Shown here: in pieces, positions 1 through 13,116 of the stretch
Layout: the number at the start of each line of letters is the position of its first letter
Position numbering within the stretch: position 1 is the stretch's first letter
Source of the DNA: Blasia pusilla
Taxonomy: Eukaryota
NCBI GenBank assembly: GCA_050084515.1
Contig: CM114271.1
Coordinates: forward strand, 6,138,001 to 6,202,000
Direction: 5' to 3'
DNA: 64,000 nt
Notes under the pieces: model-generated
What the model was told of the DNA's origin: nothing
Databases searched by the model: none
What the model saw: only the letters and a program-made list of their open reading frames with translations
Translations under genes and position numbers: made by a program

Positions 1-329
1 GCACTACTGTACTCTACCATCCTCCCACATGCGGAGAATATGTGTTCCCTCCAATCAATACCTCTTAGCACGTTGAAGAACACGGTCTCGCTCCTTGGCA
101 CTCACTATGCCTGGCACCCTACTGGTCCGTAGGAACTCCAACACTTACGCATCATCATGAATATCACGCTGATCCGTACCACCATCTCCAACCTTAGGAT
201 CTAAAGGTGGCCATCTACCCTCGACTAGAGTAAGATATCATGTGGTCCTCCATACTAGAGTCCACCCTAACCAACATAAAAGGCGGATGCATGCCAACCT
301 GGCACCATCTCCTCATCAACCTCGCCATG

Positions 330-1590
330 CCATCTAGCCCCGCTTGTATCCTCTTGGCTAGTACATGGGTTCCTACTCAACCCATCAAGATCAAGGTTGG
401 CAACCTGTGTCTATGTATCACCCGGAAGTCATACTCTGTAAGATAAGAGCCCACCGTGCAAGCTTCCCCGTAAGCTTGTCCGACTCCATCAACCACTTGA
501 GCGTGTGGTGATCGAGAATAACAAGGGTAAAGCGTGTGTGCCAAACAAGTAACACCTAAAGTGTGCCCACACCACACACCGCCAAGCACTCTCCCTCATA
601 TGAACTATAGCGCGACTCTGCATTATTCGAACGACTTGCATAGGCCACCACAAACTCCATGTGCTCATCATCATGTTGTGTCAACACCGCTCCAAGTCCC
701 AACCTAATCCAATCAGTGTGTAACTGAAATGGGCGCCCTTTGATAGGTCTCCTCAAGATAGGCGCCGCCACCAACTGGGCCTTAAGCTCCCCAAAAGCTC
801 TCTCTTGATCATCTCCCCAGTGCCACTCTTGATCTGATTTCAGCAATTGGTTTAAAGGCTTTGCCATAGCACTAAATCCCTTCACATACCTCCGATAGTA
901 GTTCGCCAACCCCATGAATGCTCGAACTCTACTCACATATACCGGACGTGGAATAAGTGCAATAGCCTCCACCTTTGCTTGCTGAACTCCCAAACCACCT
1001 GGATAGATCACATGACCCAAGTACTCAACATCCTCATGGAAGAACTTACACTTTCCTTGGATGCAACGTAGACCATGAGCTTTCAACCGCTCAAACACCA
1101 TCTGCAAATGTATCTGATGCTCCTCCACCGTGTTACTGAACACCAAGATATCATCAATGTAACACCGAACAAAATCCAACCCTGCTAGGATCCTGTCCAT
1201 CACTCTTTGAAACTCGGCAGGTGCATTCTTCAACCCAAAGGGTAAGAATTTCCACTGGTACAAACAATCCTTGCCATGAGAGTTGACACCCCAAAATGCT
1301 GTCTTGGCCTTGTCACTCTCCCGAATTGGCAATTGATGGTATCCTGCTCGAAGATCCAAAGTACTGAAAATCTTTGCCTGTCCCACCACATCAAAGATCT
1401 CCTCAAGTGTAGGCATGGCATACCTATCGGCCTTGGTTTGCCGATTGATAGGACGGTAATCTCCACACATCCGCCTATCCGTGTAGTTGCCATGCATATC
1501 CTTTTTAGCATGCATGACAGTGGCTGATGCATACTCTCAGCGACAACTCCACTAATCCAGCCTCCAAAAGGTCCAACGCCCCTACTCGAA
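330..1590 (-). pseudogene. Reverse transcriptase and RNase H of copy 1 (frameshifted)
   Basis: ORF 556..1515 contains DLRAGYHQ, LPFGLKNAPAEFQR, CYIDDILVFS, then LHTDW...LGAVL...VAYASR...RYSSYEGECLAV (RNase H). Confidence 0.95.
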
Positions 1591-2069
1591 TCAGGTCCCT
1601 CTCCATATCACTATATCGGTAGGGACGACGGAAGATTGGCGTATCACTAGCCAAATCAATCCGTATACCGGGTCCAACCTAAAACCCAACTCCTTCATGC
1701 TAAAGGCAAAACAACTCCTATAAGCACGTAGGAACCTGTGTCAGCGTCGTTTCTCACCTCACCTAAGCTTGGGCCCAAGTAATGGCTCCCAAGTCTCTCC
1801 CTTTGGCATACTAGAGGGAGAGGACGATGCCATTGGTCGCTACACAACCCCCTCACAAGATGATACACCCTTAGCTACACCATCATCGAGCAAATAACTC
1901 CTCCACCAAAGATGAGCAACCAACTCCACATGCCCAACCATTACATCCCATTTACTCCAAGGATGCAAAATACTACTCTCCTTGCCCTGACCGATGCCTC
2001 TACCGTCCCGGTAGCCATCGAGCTCATTACAGGGGTGGAAGACCCTGACATAGTCCAAGTCGACGCCGC

Positions 2070-2990
2070 TCGGCCATACCAAGACTCAAAATCCAAGTCA
2101 AACAATTCAGGTCCATGGCCTGACCCAACACATGACGCCGTGAAGCCTCGTAAATAGAAGCAACCGCCACGCTGAAGAGTAAATCCCATCGCACGCTCTC
2201 TCTCATCGCCGTTAGGCTCCACCAATCGCCGCACATGAGAATCCCATACAAGCCCGGACCACCTTCCTGTAGGCATGTGACGCGGGAAAACTCACAAATG
2301 TGGATAGTGCCATCCTAGGTCTGGCCCACACGATTCACCAACGCCATGGGTGACCGATCAATAACCCTCACCACTTGAGAAAGTCGCCCAAGATTCAAGA
2401 TACTATCCACGGTAAGGCGAGGATCGCCAGACCGCATCATATGCTCGACGTAGAACCTCCCCTAGGCAACAAGTTTGTCCACCACAAGCGTGGACGATGT
2501 GCACGTGAGCCAACTTCTTCGGCACGCATCCAACAACACCGCTAGTCCAATCCAAGACCGCACCTCATGAACACTCGCCATCATCCGGGTCCGAGTGTCA
2601 CCCAACAATGGAACATTCTCCGAATGTAAGCTAGAGCACGTGCTCGATGAACTGAAGATGTCGTAACACCCGTAACATCTCCCAAAACAATCGAGACCTA
2701 GGGTCATGTAATCCCTCACCACGACCAAAGACGTGTATGACCCACGACATGGCCATCCCTGCAATCACCAAATCCACAGGACCAACCCTCTCAAGGTCCT
2801 GCACCCCAACAATGCAATGTGTGATGGTAAAGCACTGGTACCCACGAATAGCGATGGCGGCAACAACTCGGATATCTCCGCATCAATCGACCAATATGTC
2901 GGGATGAGACTCTCTAGGCGTCTCATCTCGCTCCCACATACACGTATCTCCAAGACAGAATACCGCCTGCAACATCGCCGCCAAACCTGG
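2070..2990 (-). pseudogene. DNA cytosine-5 methyltransferase domain of copy 1 (motif I deleted, frameshifted)
   Basis: Frame-hopping translation of the minus strand gives DLERVGPVDLVIAGWPC (motif IV), GEGLHDPRSRLFWEM, ENVPLLGDT (motif VI), EPNGDERERAMGF (motif IX) and RRHVLGQAMDLNCLTWIL (motif X). Confidence 0.85.
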
Positions 2991-3959
2991 TCTATAAGAC
3001 GTCTCGATCCAATAATCCATATGAAAAACCCATCGGTACAATATCGCTCCTCCAACTAGTACATCATACGACTCGGCTGATGTGACTACGCAGATACTCC
3101 CAACCGGGAGCTATCGTCGCATGATCCTGGTCTCAAATCAGACAGAAAACTTCCCGTGTCATGAATTGAGACCTATCATTGGCTCCTCCAAGTGATGTTT
3201 GAATCGGAATGGGCAAGGCTCAAGCTCGACCTCCGAATACCCAAACCAATACATGCCGCCTTTCCCAACATCAAAGGTGGGCACCGAGTCTAACAAGACT
3301 CTATCTGGTCTATACACTGTCATGTAGGACTCACCAATCGGAAGATCCCCTCCGGTTGTCCAACATACATACACCAGGTGTAAGCCTCTCACGATTAATG
3401 GTGGCCGGTGGTAATGCATCCATCTTCGCCGCCTTTGCGCTAAGTAGCACGGGTACTCAATGCTACTCTCGACATAGAGGGTCGCTCCACCGCAACATCC
3501 TCATCCACCTCAACACGTGTAGCAAGAATAACACCCCACGTTCACACAATGTGGTCGCTAGCTGAAATCTGAAGCTAAGTCAACTCCTAAAGCCATCGCT
3601 CGTGGCAAAACGATGGGGATCCCAACACCGAAGTTGCCATCCGCATCATCTTGCCTTTGGATGCCGCATCCGTGTCTACTACACGCGATGTAGATGCCTC
3701 GATCCCCCTTTGTAGGCTCAATAGGCTCGCGAGGAACCATGGATGGAGTCCTAAGCACCTCAGACAAGAAGAATGACTGGGAAGCCTAGCTCGCCTCCCG
3801 GCCTCACCCCTCTGTGGGTCCAACTCACAAAGTAGCACCACGTGGCTCTGACGCTCGAGTGGCTCCTCTCGTAACTGCAGCTGATGCCTCAACCTAAGCT
3901 GCACTCGCCATATAAGAGAGATCATCCCCTCCATAAGAGGTTGAAGCCCCTGCTCCCGA

Positions 3960-5230
3960 ACCTGATCTATCTTTGGATACCACCATAGTAGCCAACTCTC
4001 GCTCCAATGCTCAATCCTGGCGACCATAGCGACTCTGTCGTAGTGGTAGGGGTAGCCACCGTAGGCTCTCCAACCACTCGTCCACCTCTACCACACCTAG
4101 CACCTCTACCACCTCGGCCTCTCGAAGCTACTCCATCACGGCCACGGTCTGATCTCAACTCTGGATGAAGATCAAAGCAACACTCTCGAGGATGACCTAG
4201 TCTCCCGCAATGATCACACTGAGTTGGGGCCGACTGAGGCCCATCCTCCAAATTCCGTCTCCCATCCTCTTGGGGAAAAAAATTCCTAACATGATCACCT
4301 CCACATGTCCAACATGACTGTCCTTGCTGCGGGGCTGCAAATGAAGGCAATGGTCTCTGCACAAATGTCCCTCTAGGACTTGATCGAGGTCGCGTGTACC
4401 CCCACGACTCCCCACTACTACTACCACCACCACCACTACGAGGCTGTGAGGTGGGCGGTGAACACGAAGTAGTAGTTGTATCCCCTCTTGAATGCGGATG
4501 TCACCACTCTCTCCTTCACCATGTTAAGCTCAATCTTCTCAGATAGAGCAAACACATGGGTCAATGTGGGTGAATCATCACTCATAAGAGTAGCATCACG
4601 TACTCTACGGCGCAAATCTCTGTCCAAGATCCCATACCAAAATTGACCGCTGATCCTCAGTCACACCCAGGTAATTGAAATCAAGCGTCGATACGCGCGT
4701 GTATGCCTCACGAAGACTCTCACCAGTCTTTCGCTCAAAGTCGTGAAGATTCCTCAACTTCTCCGTCTTCACTCCTTGATAGTTCTTCTTCAACCTCTTG
4801 AAGAACTGCAATCGGGCTAAACGATGGTGGGGCACTAGTACCTCCACTAGTACCCCCACTAGTACCTCCACTCCGGCTCGCACTGCACCACTCGCGTCAT
4901 TTGGGTGGCATAGTAGGAGCACTACTACCAATACCACCATGGGTGATAGACACATAGCCTGGAGACCAATATTGTCTCCATGCCTCAATCTCAACAACAT
5001 GGTCCTTCCTTAACTCATGGTAATCATCCATGGGTGGTCCTTCCAAGTCTTTGAAACAACCCCTTCCAAGCCAAGAAGGGTGTAAACAACGTGCGTTCGC
5101 AACATCTACATATCACACCACGTATCAAACTCTGTATGAAGTCCTCCAACTCAATGGTACCCATTTGCACCGAGTATTGTCGTGGGCCCTTCATGGCCCC
5201 ATATCCACCGTCCATGTCCCTAATCAATGG
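3960..5230 (-). pseudogene. gag of copy 1 with two CCHC-type zinc knuckles and an RGG tract
   Basis: CWTCGGDHVRNF and CDHCGRLGHPRECC followed by RGRGGRGARCGRGG; upstream gag-like text EKLRNLHDFERKTGESLREAYTR. Confidence 0.85.
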
Positions 5231-6895
5231 AGCCGCAACACTCGATAACAACGTAGAAGACTCGGTGTTTGGAACACCTCGTCCTCCTCTTCATCAACCG
5301 TCGGAAGTGGAAAAGGTAGCGATACCTAAATCCACTCCGTGTGAAACCACCACCATCCCGCACCACGGTCCCCAACCAGACCACCCGACTGACTCGTGAT
5401 GACCAACGCCGATGCCGCACCACCACCAAATTACCCAAGTGACGTCGATGTCGCTCTACTATTGTAGCTCTACTAGCTATGGGTGTAGGCAACCTAACCT
5501 CTCATCACCACAAGAAGACTCCCACGGTCTACTGGTCATCATTCCAGCCTCACTATCAGTAGCACACAGGAGTAACACTACTATGGAAATCAGCGTCAAC
5601 CCTAACAATGGGCGCGCAAGCAAGAAGCACAATGGAGGGGATCCAAACACAGGAAATCCAACGACAACCCTCCAATCTCAAATGGAAATCAAGGTAACAC
5701 AATCCACCAAACGTGGTGCCCTCTGAATCCACAAAACCCACCACACAATTCTAACGCAATAGCTACTCCGCCGCGGGTCGATGACGTGCTAGTCGAACTC
5801 GCAGCACCTGAAAATATCACCTGCATGGAGAGGCTACACCGTACTATGCGCTAGAGGTACATCAACCAAAAACCTGAGATGCATAAAGTGCCTAACACCT
5901 CTCCGAACAGCACCAAATGAGCTACAACGACAGACCTTTGGCATAGTTAAGAACTCAGCAGTTAAGCGTCCTCCAGGCAGAATAGCCCAAAGATGGGTGA
6001 CCAGTTATGCAAAACTCAAATCCTAAATCCTGCAAAAATTTCCTCACACCCAAGCAAGCAAGCTTGCTTGCTTGCTCCTTGCTCCTTACTCCGCCTCTCA
6101 CGCCCACTCGCCCCGAGTTGCCTCGAAGCCTCAAAACGCCGAGACATGCCCCGTTCGCCACGCTTCACGATGCTTCGCTATGGAGAGAGGTCCAACCAGG
6201 GCGCCCCCAATGGGATAGGCATCTCCAAAAATGAACGAGTCACCAACCAACCAGCCCCTCCGATCCGCTGTCCACCATAGCCAGACCTTGAGCTAGTCCG
6301 CAAAATTTCGATATGAAATTACTTCACAAATACGTGACCAAAATCAAATCTGTTTCGATCAGAATTCAATTGACCACCATAGCTATCTCCCCACAAAAAC
6401 TCAGCTACAACCGAGCTCCGTACTCCGAGCTAAAGATCAGACAAACTTGCTGTCCATACACCTCTAGAACCGCAAATCCGACAGCGCTTCCGCCAAGTTT
6501 CATGCACGCAGAAATCCGCAACGCTCCACGCACTCGAGCAGATAGCTTCACATGAGATCACAATACAAGTAGCAATAGGAACCTCTCACCCGATCTGGAT
6601 GAACTTCACAGAGCTTCCGCACTCCAAGCTCTCCACATCGTAAAACCGTCGAACACGAACAGAATCTTCAATGCTTGATAACTTCCAACTCCCTTGACGA
6701 AATCCGGCGATCTCGGTAGCGTTGGAAAGCTCTCGCAAGAAGGCGCTTCTTTCCTAACCAACCAGGTACCTGATTCACACCTCCAACATAGGCAACAAGC
6801 CGCGAACATCCACGGCTGAGTACACAATCGGCCCCTAACTGGATCCCTCTTGATCTACAATCGAAGCTACCATCGATCTACTCCAGTTCTTTGAG

Positions 6896-7261
6896 TGAAA
6901 TCCGTGAAAGACCTACTGTCATAAAACACGTTTACAATCACATACAGTCGAGCCAAACCCACTCCACGATGGGAGAATCTAGGTCGAAGCTTGCGGGAAA
7001 CACCATAGCCAAGAGCTCTACTCACTACCAAAGCTAACTCCCAACGCAACAGGCTCAACTCAAAGAACTGATTGTTCTTTGAGGGCAAGCCACCTTATAT
7101 CCTCCAACCTAAGAGCGGGCTCTCTTTGGGAAAGTCACCCCAAGTGAGTAACCCCCAACCCTATGTATGGAACCGCATCTCTACCAAGCCACTACGGTCC
7201 TACATAAGGAATGGCCTCTACCAGCACTATACTCTACGACATAATCCGTATGGTCATGACA
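6896..7261 (-). repeat. Terminal repeat A (LTR-like, ~366 bp) of copy 1
   Basis: Homologous to 25317-25684 and 33860-34225; reads TGTCATGACC...GGATTTCA on the minus strand. Confidence 0.9.
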
Positions 7262-9403
7262 AACATGTAATATATAAAAGTAGATATTGAAATGTGAATT
7301 TATGTGCTTTTGTGAATAGCTAAGTCCTAGATGCACATGCTAGCGGGGACCCAATACGTGATCGAGCATGCGCATTGGTAAAAGGAGGATCTATCTTTGC
7401 TAGAACACTAAGACAAAATCTAGATTAGCTATGTGTGAGTAAATTTTGTTGTGGGAATTAGCCTCTAGTGATATTGATGGACTTGTCAATACTTTTGGAA
7501 TATCCTTATTACAAGCTAGGCGTATTTGAACCCTCCTCCATTTTCTACTAATTCCTTCATGATCATAGGAGAAGCTAAGGCCACATGCACTAGACCAAGA
7601 TCTGTCAATCATTCTAAGGAGCAAAATTTTCCAACGATTTTTTTGGTAAGATATCATAGTAATTCTTTATATGATTGTGTGGTTAGGCCACTCATCTTAA
7701 AATGAGTATGAATTATATAAGTTACTGGTCTAAAAATTCTTAAATCATAACTAGACTTAGCTCTGGATAGTACCATATAGGTTTGTAAAACATGAAAGCA
7801 AATTTTAATGCAACAAGATATCTACCTCCTATCGTACAATCTTATTATTTTTGTGTTTTCATTGCATAACTTATCATGATGGAAAATGTGAGTTTAGCAT
7901 ATTCCCTACTCCTTTTGGTATGCAATACATCATACATAGATCTCTTGACCTCTGTCGTGCGCATACACATTACTACACAACATACATTGTTGTCAGCGAA
8001 CACACACACAAACACTCGGGATCTCATGATAACTCATGGCATGTAACCATCGAGACGAGAAGTGTGAAAATATCTCCAATTCGCGAACATGAGGTCGAAA
8101 TCCAATACCTAAAGCGGAACGGAGGAATGTGCGGGCGCCTCCTCACAATTGCCACAACCAAAATCGTGTCTATTTGCGGGTAGTAATGGCAGGAACACAG
8201 TAGCTACGGCAAACCGCGTCGAGAAATCATGGACGCCCTTGGCTCAACCTTTGGTAGCAATAGAAACAACCGTTGGGGGGGGGGGAGGCATTGTGAGAAG
8301 TTGCGTAATCCCTAAGGAGGCGCAAATAGTTCAAGCAGGTGACCTAAGGTTGAGGTTGTGGTAGTCGGTCGCGGCGGCAATGGCAGTCAGTAGCTATAGT
8401 TGTGGCAGCACGGCTTTCACTTACTAACTCAGTTGAGAGCGAAGTGGCAACGAGGCGTCTACGACAGCAACAAACACGCGTGTGGCAGAATGCCAATAAT
8501 TGGGGACGCAGTCGATAAGGGAAATGTAGTAGTAGCGAGGCTAATGGTGTTGGAAGCAAGTCTAGCATAGCTAAGGTCGGCGGCTGCAAGTGGCCATAAT
8601 TGGATGCAAAGTGGGCGGCATCAAAGCGGACCCCAACGCCCCCTCTCCTTTTCTCTTATTTTATCTTAAATAAAAATTTCCGTCCGGAGACTAGGTCTGT
8701 TCTATTTTGCTAAACTTGACTGCCCCTCTTTCTAAAATTATCCATGATTTGGATTTTTGCCCCAATAATCCTTGAATTCTAGGGTCAACATCCCGAAAGA
8801 AAAAATTTTAACTTCAATAGAAAATTTCCTTTGTCCGATTCCCTTAGATAAAATGATTTTCTACCTCTTACACAAGGAGTTACCAAAGGCAATTGGAAAT
8901 TTCACTCACACGGTGGCACGGTGGCTATGGCAGCCAACAACATTGGTCACAACTTCGTGCTTAGATGTTCAAATCATGCACCGTTTTCTAGCAATGTGCA
9001 CAACTTCCTGATCTACGACGACGTTCAATTGGTTTCTCCACTAGACCTTAAAAAAAACTGACAAGGAATGTCATGCAACCCTTCAATTTTCATTCCTACA
9101 TAAATTTTGACAACACTTCCGCGATGATGACTCCGAACGACAATTGCAAACCTATGAAAACTCAAAACTAGAGAGCTCTATGGTGCCCTTGAGAACACCA
9201 TTATGGAGCAGCCCACCCCCATACTCAATTCATACCAAAAAATTGGCAACGCTTCCTTGCACCACTCTCATGTACAAAAATACTGCAAAGAAATGACACC
9301 AAACGGATGGCTCTTGCTCCCTAAGCAGTCTCGTGAGCCATGAAGCGGGGAACACGGTCCCAACTTGCAAACACAGCGAGAAACCAACGAGGTCCTCTAT
9401 TGT

Positions 9404-9691
<288 letters not shown>

Positions 9692-9693
<2 letters not shown>

Positions 9694-10100
9694 GAGAGGC
9701 TTGGATTGCTCACAAAAGGCAAGGAGGACCATAGCTCTTCCGCCTCATGCCAACAGGTTAAAAAAAGAGAGAATGAGCTCCCAAACTCTCTCTCTTGGAG
9801 GTATATTCCCTTCCCTCTCCCTTCCCTCTCTCCACAATAACCTATGCTCGCACGTCACCTCCTTGGATTTTAATATGCTGTAGCGGATAAAGGGCTACTT
9901 CCAAAAGTGGAAAGTCAACTATACTCAAAATGAGAACTTACGAGAAATAATAAGTTTCTCTATATGGCTCCAAATCAGCCGAAATGAAAAGGAACATGTT
10001 CTCTCAAGTTACCCGGGGCCTCAAGACCCTCAACAGGTCATCCTCGACCTCTTGAGGTTGTTCTCCACTACCCGAGAAGGCTCTCATATAGATCTTGTTG
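9692..10100 (+). repeat. Dispersed repeat of unknown class; homologs at ~12050-12200 (-) and ~45930-46350 (-)
   Basis: Shared blocks in all three copies: atgagaggctt..ttgctc(a)caaaaggcaaggaggaccatag, cgcctcatgccaa.aggtt, and aggtatat. The block atatggctccaaat.agcc is shared with the 46 kb copy only. Confidence 0.7.
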
Positions 10101-11896
10101 ATCTATGGTAAAAGACGTGACACCTAATTACATGTCCATTTATTATAAATATGATTTTTTTAATTTCATAAAAATATCTTCATATATAAAATTAAAACCT
10201 ATTATACCAAAACTAATGTATGATATCTATAGATAGGTCACACACATACTCTATGTTTTAATCTAAAAGATGTGACAGATGAGAGTGCATTGAGATATAC
10301 GAAAGGATATTATACCGAAATTGGTGAGATGAAAGAGATTGCAGATTTGTGAAGTTTCCCTTAAGTGCTTGATGATCATGAGGTGGTCCGACTCTAAATG
10401 ACTTGAGACAAGTTATAAGTAAAACGTTAATCAAAACTTCTCCACACACATCCAAAAATAAAGATTGAGTTAAAAAAAACTAATTTATGTTTCATTAAAG
10501 TACCAAAAATAATGATTGCAACATAATTTGGATTCCCAAAATTGAAGGCAATCACGAGATAACCCACCAAACTTTAAAATTTGCAATTGAAGACATGGCT
10601 TTAAAAGAGTTTTTGGGACATTCGAGAAAAAAAAAAGTGAAATGGGTAGGAAATAAAATACTAAAGATATCATCGTTAAAGTACCCACAAAGGATAGATT
10701 TAGTGTATTTAGGGCTCCCACATACGCTCCCCAATTTTTTCCTCTATGTAGGTAGGCTATCTATGTGTCCTCCACACTTGTTCACTAATTACTTCTCTCC
10801 TACCACTCTCAAAGCGACGCATACTAGTTTCTACAATAGTGATGTCTTCTAAGAATTCATGGTAATATATGGGGTAATCCCACAAACTTCAAAATTCCCG
10901 ATTAAAAAACATCAATTTAAAGGAGATTTTTGAGAAAAAAAGAGTGTGAAATGGGTAGTAGATAAAACACCAAAAATATCATCAAGAGAAAAAGATAAGG
11001 AAATTGCTACTTGAATGGAGGTGGAAAAGAAATGTCATCATTCATATGTTGTCAAAAAATTATGTAGCATAGGCTAAGTTCTGAATGTATGTTAGTGATG
11101 GTTGATGGCTTAATCTAAATTGCATGGAATTATTTTTTTGTTGATTTGAATGTTGGACTTGGAATGTAACTCATGAGGGAAAAAACTCACATGCACATTT
11201 CAAACCCGACGCTCAAGTTTCTCACTTAAACACACGTTTGTCGCATTCTAAATTTGGATTATCCACACTACAATGCACAAGGAACACTGCAAGAACACAT
11301 TACTTACAAATTACTTGGCCATTTTTGGATACATTGAGCGTAAACATGCACTTACGTCTACAATTTGGTGTGTCTATCATGGCCGTTTACACATAAAATC
11401 CCTAGGATCATTCTACAATCTCCATATAGCCAACGATTATAATAGAATACGTGAATTCCTTTTTGTGAGGTAGACATCCTAGACACTATGTCAAAACACA
11501 TTGTGTGCATCATCATATTATAAGCCTTATACACGAAAACATGGCAAATAGTTGGTGTTCATAAGGAAAATTTTAAAAGAAATTAAAAGATGATTAACAA
11601 CACAAAATTACTATCTTTCCATAAATTATCCATGACATGAGCATGCAACGTCATGCAAGTCTTCATCCGTCGTGACTTTTCTTTCCGCCCTGTGCGCCGA
11701 GCGTGGAAAACTCATCACTATCTTGAAAACTAGTAAAGTGTTCGTGCGATGCACGATAAATAAAATATTGGTTGAAGAACTTTTGTTAGTGTATAGCTCG
11801 TGAAAGAGAAGGGACAAAAATTCAATTTTTTTCTTGTTTCTCGTTCTATGTGAAACAAGGTTTGGGTAGTTTTTTGGCAAGAACCGATACATTTCC

Positions 11897-11955
11897 GGTC
11901 TCTACAGACGAGAATGGTAAAATTTGAAATTTTACCATTCTCGTCTGTAGAGACC
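11897..11955. repeat. Perfect 29-bp inverted repeat with a 1-nt spacer
   Basis: ggtctctacagacgagaatggtaaaattt-g-aaattttaccattctcgtctgtagagacc. Confidence 0.95.
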
Positions 11956-12196
11956 AATTCCCCAATTATGTGAGCTTTAACTCTCTATTTGTGGAAATTG
12001 AATCTTGACCAACTATTGTAGGATAGAATCAAGTGATAACCTTGGTCCTTAATTCAAAGGGAAGGGCTTGAGGGGAGAGGATATACCTCAAGGAAAGTGA
12101 ACTTGGAGAGCTCATTATCTCCTTGTTGAACCTCTTTAACATGAGGCGAAAAAATGATGAAGTTTCTCTCCTTTTGAGTAACCCTATCCTCTCACC

Positions 12197-12198
<2 letters not shown>

Positions 12199-12241
<43 letters not shown>
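12199..12241. repeat. (GA)n microsatellite
   Basis: Read directly from the sequence. Confidence 0.98.
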
Positions 12242-12243
<2 letters not shown>

Positions 12244-12899
12244 TGCGTGCGTGCGTGCATGCATAAGAGCCATGGAACTCTTTGTGTGTTGTGAGATTAG
12301 TATAATCTATTTTACAAGGAGAAAATGAGTGAGCTCCACAATATGAAAATTGTGGAGAGAGAGTGGCTAGTTGTTTCCCTTGATTATATATTAGGACTTT
12401 GTTTCTCGCTCGATCAAGAGCTTGCATGTGAGAGTGCTCTCAAGAGCACCAAATCATGGTATGTGTGTTTTGATGGAGGAACGACGTGAAGTAGTAAGAT
12501 GCATGAGAGTGCTGCCAAAATTTTGGTGGGAATTTGAGTGGGAGAGCGTAGCTACCATGGAAGCGCCCCCGAGAGCAAGTTGTGACACTCTCAATTTTCT
12601 ATCGTTGGATTTTGTGTGGAAGAAATTGGCGGTGAATCGTTGCCGACAGGCCAAAGAGAAATAAATGCGAAGGAGAACTCCTATCTTCCACTGGTTTTTG
12701 GCCGATGACTTAAAAATTGAATCGGAACTCTAAAATTTCTTCTTTGATGTTGATATGAAATATTTTTTGCCACCCATTTATAATTTGTTAGACAGATAAA
12801 TATTTGCATATCAAGAAAATATTCTCCCATAATTATACAGATGATTAGACCCAAAAACAATCCCATAATAACACTATCATGAAAATGGCTTGTCAAGGC

Positions 12900-13116
12900 C
12901 AATGCTCGGCAAGAACCGGCATTCTTTGTTAAAGAAGCCGGTTGAGAACGTGCGATTTCCGGTTCAAATCTGAAAGTTTTGGAAAATTTCCGAAAAGAAA
13001 AGTGAGTTTTTTTTGTTAAATTAAAAAAAAACCGGCTAGAGTGGAGAAATTGCCGACTACCTTGAGAGTTCTCTCGGAAAGCTACCGGTATGCATAAAAA
13101 TCCTTGCCGAGCACTG
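12900..13116. mobile_element. hAT-type MITE (217 bp)
   Basis: TIRs caatgctcggcaag / cttgccgagcactg and a perfect 8-bp TSD GTCAAGGC (12892-12899, 13117-13124). Confidence 0.85.

Larger units (their letters stand above)
1..7261 (-). mobile_element. Ty3/Gypsy retrotransposon copy 1 carrying a DNMT domain; 5' repeat A, gag, protease, DNMT, RT, RNase H; continues beyond the left edge of the window
   Basis: Reverse-complement homolog of 25317-32320. It starts with TGTCATGACC at 7261, and ORF 556..1515 has RT motifs (DYRPIN, DLRAGYHQ, PFGLKNAPAEFQR, YIDD). CCHC knuckles occur in ORF 3967..4362. Confidence 0.95.

Noticed and set aside
7300-7840. Possible decayed transposase fragment
   Set aside because: No convincing catalytic motifs in manual translation.
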